A DNA stretch of 5,191 nt from Hormiphora californensis (taxonomy: Eukaryota > Animalia > Ctenophora). Below are positions 1 through 5,191 of this stretch, one piece after another. The position numbers and the translations under genes are program-made. The notes under the pieces were generated by a model. The model was given only the letters and a program-made list of their open reading frames with translations. It had not been told where the DNA came from and made no database searches. The DNA lies in contig WFME01000043.1 of the NCBI GenBank assembly GCA_020137815.1, positions 1-5,191 of the forward strand. The letters are read 5' to 3'. Within the stretch, counting starts at the first letter, position 1, and every line of letters starts with the position of its first letter.

Positions 1-383
1 GGTCCTGACCAAGATTAAGTGTACTATTTGTCCTTTCCTCTCTACACTACATGCAAGTTTCGAATAATGCCATGTGAACTGTCCTTTTATCCCGTTCCCG
101 AAAATGAGGTATGGTAACAAGATTTAAATATTTATTTTATGAGTTTTGAATAATGTTTAAGGGGTCATCAATTCAGCCCTAAATTACAAATTGGCTTAAT
201 TCAGTTTTCAGATGGTGCTAAAATGAACATGGTGGCCACTTATGTCACACTTATACCCTAAGATTTAGTCGGGGCGCGCGCGGTTGTTTTTAAAATAAAA
301 GTTGAAACGTGTCAGCAGTTCGTGGCGTGGTGTGTGTGTGCGCGTCTTAGCAACCCCTGGACTTAACGAGCGTGCAGGCCTAC

Positions 384-416
384 GCCCCTACGGGGCTTGC
401 CTGCTTCGCAGGCAAG
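384..416. other. Adjacent GC-rich double hairpin with triloops
   Basis: GCCCC-TAC-GGGGC (384-396) and CTTGCCTGC-TTC-GCAGGCAAG (396-416). On the minus strand the loops read C-GTA-G and C-GAA-G. Confidence 0.8.
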
Positions 417-1057
417 TCTGCGTGACACGTGACATGTCATCTGACCGCTTAAATCCATTGAAGGGAACAAGGGAACCCAGCTGTCACGTGGTCTGATAAT
501 GGGGACACGTGATGCCCCAACAACGCGCTGAATCCTCATTCCCTATAACACTACCAGGCAGGAGCTCAAGCTCACCACTTCTCTCCGGCAGCAGAATCTT
601 AACAACTGAATTTATCAGTTGCAGTAGCTTTTTGAATTTAAATTGCAATGTCATCTCTAATTCTTTCGGATTTTTTTCTCCAACAAGAATAACTGCATTA
701 TGTTTCATAATGCTATGTTTCCCCGCCAACCTTTATTTTCATAACCACATTGCGCGGCTCACATTTCCTGAAAACGTGCAATTGAAGTATTTGATGAAGG
801 AGCAACACCGTTGTCCCTCGCAACTGAGCGTGTTACAGCCGGTTTTGTGACCGTGACACCTCACTAGTATGTAAAATTGTCGAATTCTAAACCCCTATGC
901 CTTTTGGCAAAAGGCATCTGGGTGAATGCCTTCGGCATTCACCAGGCGGGGAAAAAACAAATTAAATTAAATTGGATCGGTCATTGCATCGCATCAAGTC
1001 ATTTAAGAGTGAATGCTTTCAATGATATTGGAGGGCAAGGCATCCTGAAACCCGGAA

Positions 1058-1162
1058 TTTTTTGATCTGGCTTATTTTGATCTAGCTTTTTTGATCTGGC
1101 TTTTTTTGATCTGGCTTTTTTGATCTGGCTTTTTTTGATCTGGCTCTTTTGATCTGGCTTTT
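1058..1162 (+). repeat. Tandem array of 7 x (T6-7 GATCTGGC), 14-15-bp period
   Basis: GATCTRGC cores at 1064, 1079, 1093, 1108, 1122, 1137 and 1151, separated by T runs. Three more degenerate units lie at ~1315-1359. Confidence 0.93.
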
Positions 1163-1203
1163 AGTAGCGAGCGCTTAGAACATGCACGTGCAAAAGTTGG
1201 GTT

Positions 1204-1268
1204 ACTGTCACTGATCATTTGCTTTGCATCAAATAATTTGATTTGATGCAAAGCAAAGGAGTGACAGT
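1204..1268. other. 65-nt stem-loop (17-bp perfect inner stem plus 9-bp outer stem)
   Basis: 1218-1234 pairs with 1241-1257 around a 6-nt loop. 1204-1212 (ACTGTCACT) pairs with 1260-1268 (AGTGACAGT). Confidence 0.85.
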
Positions 1269-2099
1269 CAATTTAATTTCGGGTGGCGCACGAATTTTCC
1301 GCGCGCTCCTACTATTTTTTGATCTGGCTTTTTTATCTAGCTTTTTGATCTGATTTTTTCCCTGCCTGGTTAAATGCCGAAGGAATTCACCCGGATGCCT
1401 TTTTGCTTTGCAAAAAGGCATAGCAGGGTTAGAATTCGAAAATGACATTTCGGTAGAGGGACAATTTTGGTCAAACTTTTGTTGCGATCGAGGGGCAACG
1501 GTTTAGCAACTAGAGCTGCACTTGTATTGTTCATACTATTATTTTTTTTATAGGGGGAGGTGCAACAGCACAAAGCTGCACAAACAGTCACGAGCTGCTC
1601 CTTCATAAACCACTTCATTGGCAAGTTTTCAGGAAATGTTTGGTAATGAAATTCCTCCTCTGCGCTAGCTCACGGAGGGGTAATAATATCGCTCTTACAT
1701 CCGGAAAAAAAATCCTGTGTCTAAACTACAAAACAGAAAGTTCTAATTTTTTGAACATACCGAGGAAATTGTCTGAGCTACCATTACATACCAGAATTTT
1801 TCGACATTTTGGCCATTGACACTGTTTTTGTTTTTGGAAAACTATGAAGATCTTCGAAGATGCTGGAATTTGGCTACAAAAAGCTTCAGGAATGTGCAAA
1901 ATGCCATTCCAAATGTATTAGAGGTGGATTCATTCATTCGGGGCCTGGCAAGGCCCCCTGACCCGAACATAACCCAATCTCAACCCATCCCCCCCCCCCT
2001 AAAACAACGGGGCCGAGCCGACAGGCCCTCTATAACAGATGCCAAAAAACCATAACCATAACCATAGATATTTTTAGAGTGAAAGTTTTGAAGCCCCCG

Positions 2100-2294
2100 G
2101 AAGTAGTAGAGAGGTGTTCTATGGCTCGTTGGAAAGGTCTCGAGGTCCCGCGACGTATAGGGGGTGTGGTGATGGGTGTGCCCAAACCTATAAGGGGTAG
2201 GACGCGAAAAACAGTCAAAATAAGGGGTATGCTGAACTCGGCAATTAGAAGCAGTAGAAAGGTGTTCTAGGGTGCGTTCGATAGCTCTCGAGGT
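2100..2294 (+). repeat. 47-bp imperfect direct repeat pair (2100-2146 and 2248-2294), 148 nt apart
   Basis: GAAGTAGTAGAGAGGTGTTCTATGGCTCGTTGGAAAGGTCTCGAGGT vs GAAGCAGTAGAAAGGTGTTCTAGGGTGCGTTCGATAGCTCTCGAGGT: 39/47 identical, no gaps. Confidence 0.85.
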
Positions 2295-2321
2295 GCTGAA
2301 TTAATTGGAATGTAATAAGAA

Positions 2322-2382
2322 GTAATTACATGTAATTAAAATGTAATTACATGTAATTAAAGGGTAATTACATGTAATTAAA
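2322..2382. repeat. 3 x 21-bp tandem repeat with a perfect 16-bp palindromic core TAATTACATGTAATTA
   Basis: GTAATTACATGTAATTAAA starts at 2322, 2343 and 2364. Confidence 0.92.
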
Positions 2383-2524
2383 AGGTCTAAATGACCCCAA
2401 ATGACAATCCAGACATATTTTGACATATTTGGAGGCCCTGAGACCAGCGGGTGGCAAAATTTAATCAGGTTTCGGGTCGGCTGACGTAAAAACTCCGCGC
2501 TTTGGTCGAGATAACTAAGCTAAA

Positions 2525-2887
2525 GGGCGCACACAGACTGTCCATGCGTGATTATGTCCATTATTTTGACCAAGTCGTCAGCGTATCAAAATTAGTCGGG
2601 TTCAATGGTTTTCGATATGTTATGAGTTAGTTTCAGTTTTTACTCTCCAATCTTGGTCAAATGACCAATTTTTGTCAGTCTGTGCGACTTGGTCAAAATC
2701 TTGCCCATGCCCATTTTGACCAAGTCGCACATACTGACAAAATTTGGTCATTTGACCAAGCTTGGAGAGTAAAAACTGAAACTAATTCATAACATATCGA
2801 AAACCACTGAACCCAACTAAATTTGATACGCTGGCGACTAGGTCAAAATTATGAACATGATCACGCATGGACAGTCTGTGCGCGCCC
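2525..2887. mobile_element. 363-bp foldback / MITE-like non-autonomous DNA element (GGGCGC... termini, possibly PIF/Harbinger-Tourist type)
   Basis: Left arm 2525-2699 and right arm 2713-2887 are both 175 nt and are reverse complements, with 13 substitutions and no indels by manual count (~93%). The spacer is 13 nt (CTTGCCCATGCCC). No coding capacity. Flanks TAAA|...|ATAG are AT-rich but not a clean target-site duplication, so the superfamily is uncertain. Confidence 0.85.
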
Positions 2888-3170
2888 ATAGTCTATTCAG
2901 AATAAATTCCACAAGATTGGAATTTCATGACCATATATGGAGGTATGTGATACACCTTTGTTGTTAAACATGTGGTGGAATCGCTACCGGTCGCTACTTT
3001 CTGTAGAATGCAGGTCCTGGTTACTATACAAACTAGTACCATACGTTTTAGTTAGGTTTTAGACAAGTTTTCGATAACTTTTCATGAGAAGGTCCTGTAA
3101 ATTTTCATTTTTAGTTAGGCGGTATTGTAACCCCTATAATGTGCAATAATAGGGGTGACTTCGTAACCAA

Positions 3171-3510
3171 AGGAAATGTGTGGCGCACAATGTGGCGGTG
3201 TGGCGAACAATTTAGTGCTACTAAAACACAAGGATTTTCTCTATACTGTTTGAGTGATTGTCATGTAGTTATATAAATAATCAGAATTTTGTGTCCCGCT
3301 TGCTGTTACAGCGAATCTAGTCATGATTTCCCTTCTTCATAGATTCACACGGCAGGGAAACTCGGCGTTATGTTAGAACATAATGCAATTAATCTTGTTT
3401 TTGTTCTGGCTTTTTTGATCTGCAAAGGCCAGATCAAAAAAAGCCATGGCTTTTCTATCTGGCCTTTGTTGACCTTTTTGATCTGGATTTTTTGGCCTTT
3501 TTATCTGGCT
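3171..3510 (+). repeat. Third, partial copy of the same modular repeat family, followed by degenerate GATCTGGC units
   Basis: 3171-3195 matches the reverse complement of 745-769 (22/25). 3351-3399 matches the reverse complement of 682-727 (~39/46 plus a 3-nt gap). T-run/GATCTGG units occupy ~3398-3510, with one inverted unit making a hairpin at 3407-3446. Confidence 0.72.
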
Positions 3511-3628
3511 TCTTTATACATATATGTAGGACAAATAATCGCCATTTGATTGATTTTTCTGATCCCCCATTGGAATGACTCTGATCGCACATTAACTCTT
3601 CTCGTATTGTTGTAGCCTTTAATTGGTC

Positions 3629-4053
3629 AAAATCTCAGCCACCCCAAAACCTCAGCCACCCCAAAATCTCAGCCACCCCAAAATCTCAGCCACCCCAAAA
3701 TCTCAGCCACCCCAAAACCTCAGTCACCCCAAAACCTCAGCTACTCCAAAATCTCAGCCACCCCAAAACCTCAGCCACCCCAAAACCTCAGCCACTCCAA
3801 AATCTCAGCCACCCCAAAACCTCAGCCACCCCAAAATCTGAGCCACCCCAAAACCTCAGCCACCCCAAAACCTCAGCCACCCCAAAATCTCAGCCACCCT
3901 TAAATATCAGCCACCCCAAAATCTCAGCCACCCTAAAACCTCAGCCACCCCGAAACCTCAGCCACCCTAAAACCTCAGCCACCCCAAAATTTCAGCCACC
4001 CCAAAACCTCAGCCACCCCAAAACCTCAGCCACCCCAAAACTTCAGCCACCCC
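3629..4053 (+). repeat. Minisatellite, 25 tandem copies of 17-bp AAAAYCTCAGCCACCCC
   Basis: 425 nt = 25 x 17. Units stay in register throughout (substitutions only). It accounts for the repetitive ORF 3623-3841. Confidence 0.97.
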
Positions 4054-4365
4054 TGCCTCGTTTTGTTGTAACCTCTACTGAATATTACAAATTGAAACGA
4101 GTTAGATCAAGCTCGTTGGACAAATTTGTGCTCTTATCTTTAATTTCGTCCGCCATTGATTCTATGCCCCTATTGACTCAGAATTATAGTTGCTGAGTTG
4201 TCAACGTTGATATAGCATCTCATAACAATAAATCCATCATTCGTGTTCTAGTCAGACCTATAAACCATAGCGCTGGCAAGCGCCCGGGGCCTTATCCTCC
4301 ATCCCCCAACCATCCTTCCAACGCGAACGTCCCTCTCTTTACCGGTCATTATCCGTTCTTACAAT

Positions 4366-4376
4366 ACACACACACA

Positions 4377-4412
<36 letters not shown>
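4366..4412 (+). repeat. (AC)n microsatellite, ~23 units with one interruption at 4380
   Basis: Read directly from the sequence. Confidence 0.97.
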
Positions 4413-4415
<3 letters not shown>

Positions 4416-4658
4416 CACAGCTGACACCAACCAATAAGATGTACATGCACTCTCACTACGACAGAAAGAGCCACTCCCAGAACAAACGAGAGACTCCTGA
4501 TATAGTTTTCTTGTGTTCATCTCATTCTCAATTTTGTGGCCGGACATGCAGGTCTCGCAACATATAGTTTAGGCACTTTTATATGATGTGTTATATTAGC
4601 AGAGATTAACTCAGAGTTTATTTAACACCCTCTTTCATTAAGTGATATGTGTGTGAAC

Positions 4659-4713
4659 ATGATACGTCTCCTTCTCTTTACAGCTGCATTGTGTGGAACA
4701 GTTGTTCTCACAG
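4659..4713 (+). CDS. First coding exon of a spliced gene, encoding a predicted signal peptide MIRLLLFTAALCGTVVLT (in-frame alternative ATG at 4647 adds MCVN)
   Basis: ATG at 4659 lies downstream of an in-frame TAA (4623-4625). 18 codons give a basic residue followed by a hydrophobic core. The exon ends in a phase-1 donor CAG|GTTCGT (GT at 4714-4715), and the phase matches the acceptor at 4897, giving G+AC = Asp and a continuous frame. Confidence 0.72.
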
Positions 4714-4897
4714 GTTCGTCGCATAATATCACGTATCAAATAAATATTTGATGCTTTTTATTTTGGGAGAGCACTCCTGTAACTAATCATTGATACTGAG
4801 AACTCGTCAGCTGGTACCTGAGTCAGTCACTAACACGTCAAATACAAACAATGTTTAATTTTAGTGGTCAGTATCTTTATTCTTTATTGTATTTCAG
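4714..4897 (+). other. Spliceosomal GT-AG intron, 184 nt, phase 1
   Basis: Starts GTTCGT and ends in a T-rich tract plus TTTCAG (AG at 4896-4897). AT-rich, with a branch-point-like CACTAAC at 4828-4834. Removing it joins two exons in frame. Confidence 0.68.
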
Positions 4898-5191
4898 ACT
4901 GGACAGCTGTTGAGCGGGATGGTGTCAACATACCCTGGGACCTGGAGAACAACCCTCTCCAGATAAAGACGGACTCTACTCTGGGCAGTGATGAAAAGAT
5001 CTGGTTGAAGATGTACGACAAGGACAGCAACTTTATCAATAGTGTTCGTGTCAGGTTCTCTTCTCCAATGCAGTATCTGATATTCAGCTGCACTAAGGAC
5101 TACACAGACCTGCCAGTACAACCCCCGGTGGAGGTGGATAAGATCTGGACGATCAACAAAACAGAGACCGCCTACATCATCACATGTAATG
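4898..5191 (+). CDS. Second coding exon (3' partial) of an uncharacterised, probably secreted protein: (D)WTAVERDGVNIPWDLENNPLQIKTDSTLGSDEKIWLKMYDKDSNFINSVRVRFSSPMQYLIFSCTKDYTDLPVQPPVEVDKIWTINKTETAYIITCN...
   Basis: 97 stop-free codons from 4900 to 5190 directly after a TTTCAG acceptor. GC content rises abruptly relative to the intron and many codons end in C/G. The translation looks globular and beta-rich (4 Trp, 2 Cys). The motifs IPWDLE..PLQIKT.STLGS and LPVQPPVEVDKIWTI.KTETA.IITCN recall, from memory only, a repeated uncharacterised domain in ctenophore proteomes. Confidence 0.85.

Larger units (their letters stand above)
737..1651. repeat. Long diverged inverted repeat: two copies of one modular repeat family in opposite orientation (left arm ~737-1026, right arm ~1213-1651), or one long-TIR non-autonomous element
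   Basis: Colinear reverse-complement blocks: 737-747/1641-1651, 761-804/1596-1639 (38/44), 807-824/1481-1502, 880-957/1354-1439 (strongest block), 964-974/1269-1279 (11/11) and 979-999/1241-1260. Blocks are separated by indels, including ~90 nt extra at 1503-1595. Confidence 0.8.
2001..2514 (-). mobile_element. Possible non-autonomous Helentron/DINE-1-like element
   Basis: The minus strand ends ...GGCATCTGTTATAGA, then hairpin GGGCC-9nt-GGCCC (2010-2028), then CGTTGTTTT. It contains (AACCAT)3 at 2048-2065, internal direct and tandem repeats, and a TTATCTCG-type start at 2514. No convincing subterminal inverted repeat pair was found, so the call is tentative. Confidence 0.3.

Noticed and set aside
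897-943. Rho-independent terminators or bacterial REP elements
   Set aside because: No upstream bacterial-type genes and no consistent U-tract after the stems; spliced-gene and microsatellite context indicates a eukaryote.
1058-1162. CRISPR-like array
   Set aside because: Units are contiguous 14-15-mers with only T-run spacers. No unique spacers or cas genes, and the context is eukaryotic. The same applies to 3629-4053.
942-1369. Stand-alone MITE with 16-bp TIRs CCAGGCRGGGAAAAAA
   Set aside because: The TIR match is real (15/16), but there is no target-site duplication and inverted homology continues well outside these ends, so it is treated as part of the larger inverted structure.
302-2270. 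Short ORFs 302-496, 484-729, 509-850, 877-1065, 1215-1448, 1370-1624, 1816-2055, 2030-2218, 2079-2270
   Set aside because: Short, several with non-ATG starts, overlapping repeats and hairpins, with no recognisable domain or transposase motif. Frames are not conserved between homologous repeat copies.
3127-3159. Small hairpin GTAACCCCTAT/ATAGGGGTGAC, considered as the partner TIR of the minisatellite end
   Set aside because: Only a short imperfect match to CAGGGGTGGCT and no TSD, so insufficient.
3623-3635. TTGGTCAAAATCT identical to 2689-2701 of the foldback element
   Set aside because: A 13-nt AT-rich match with no extension; cannot be distinguished from chance.
3623-3841. 72-aa Pro-rich repetitive ORF (SATPKSQPPQNLSHPK)n
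   Set aside because: It is the translation of the 17-bp minisatellite (unit not a multiple of 3), starts at TTG and is stopped by a unit variant.
3629-4053. CCCCAAAA at unit junctions as ciliate-type telomeric repeat
   Set aside because: C4A4 is never tandem; it is always separated by a 9-nt core, and the array is interstitial.
4359-4547. 62-aa minus-strand ORF with VCVCVC run
   Set aside because: The run is the (CA)n microsatellite; nothing else supports coding.
4884-5121. Two minus-strand ORFs (4884-5093, 4894-5121)
   Set aside because: Antisense shadows of the + strand exon, which has splice signals, a matching upstream exon and a more protein-like translation.

Overview
Eukaryotic (animal-like) genomic DNA, mostly non-coding and repeat-rich, ending in the 5' part of a spliced + strand gene that the ORF track misses. 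Exon 1 (4659-4713) encodes a signal-peptide-like MIRLLLFTAALCGTVVLT. A phase-1 GT-AG intron follows (4714-4897), then exon 2 (4898 to the window end; DWTAVERDGVNIPWDLENNPLQIKTDSTLGS...VDKIWTINKTETAYIITCN). From memory, not from a search, this domain resembles a multicopy uncharacterised family in lobate ctenophores. Upstream are: a modular hairpin-rich repeat family seen three times (inverted pair ~682-1026 and ~1058-1651, partial third copy 3171-3510), a 363-bp foldback MITE-like element (2525-2887), a 25 x 17-bp minisatellite (3629-4053), a 21-bp palindromic tandem repeat, a 47-bp direct repeat and a (CA)n tract. Several paired hairpins carry C-GNA-G or TTT triloops. None of the ORFs in the supplied track looks like a real gene. 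All alignments and counts were done by eye.
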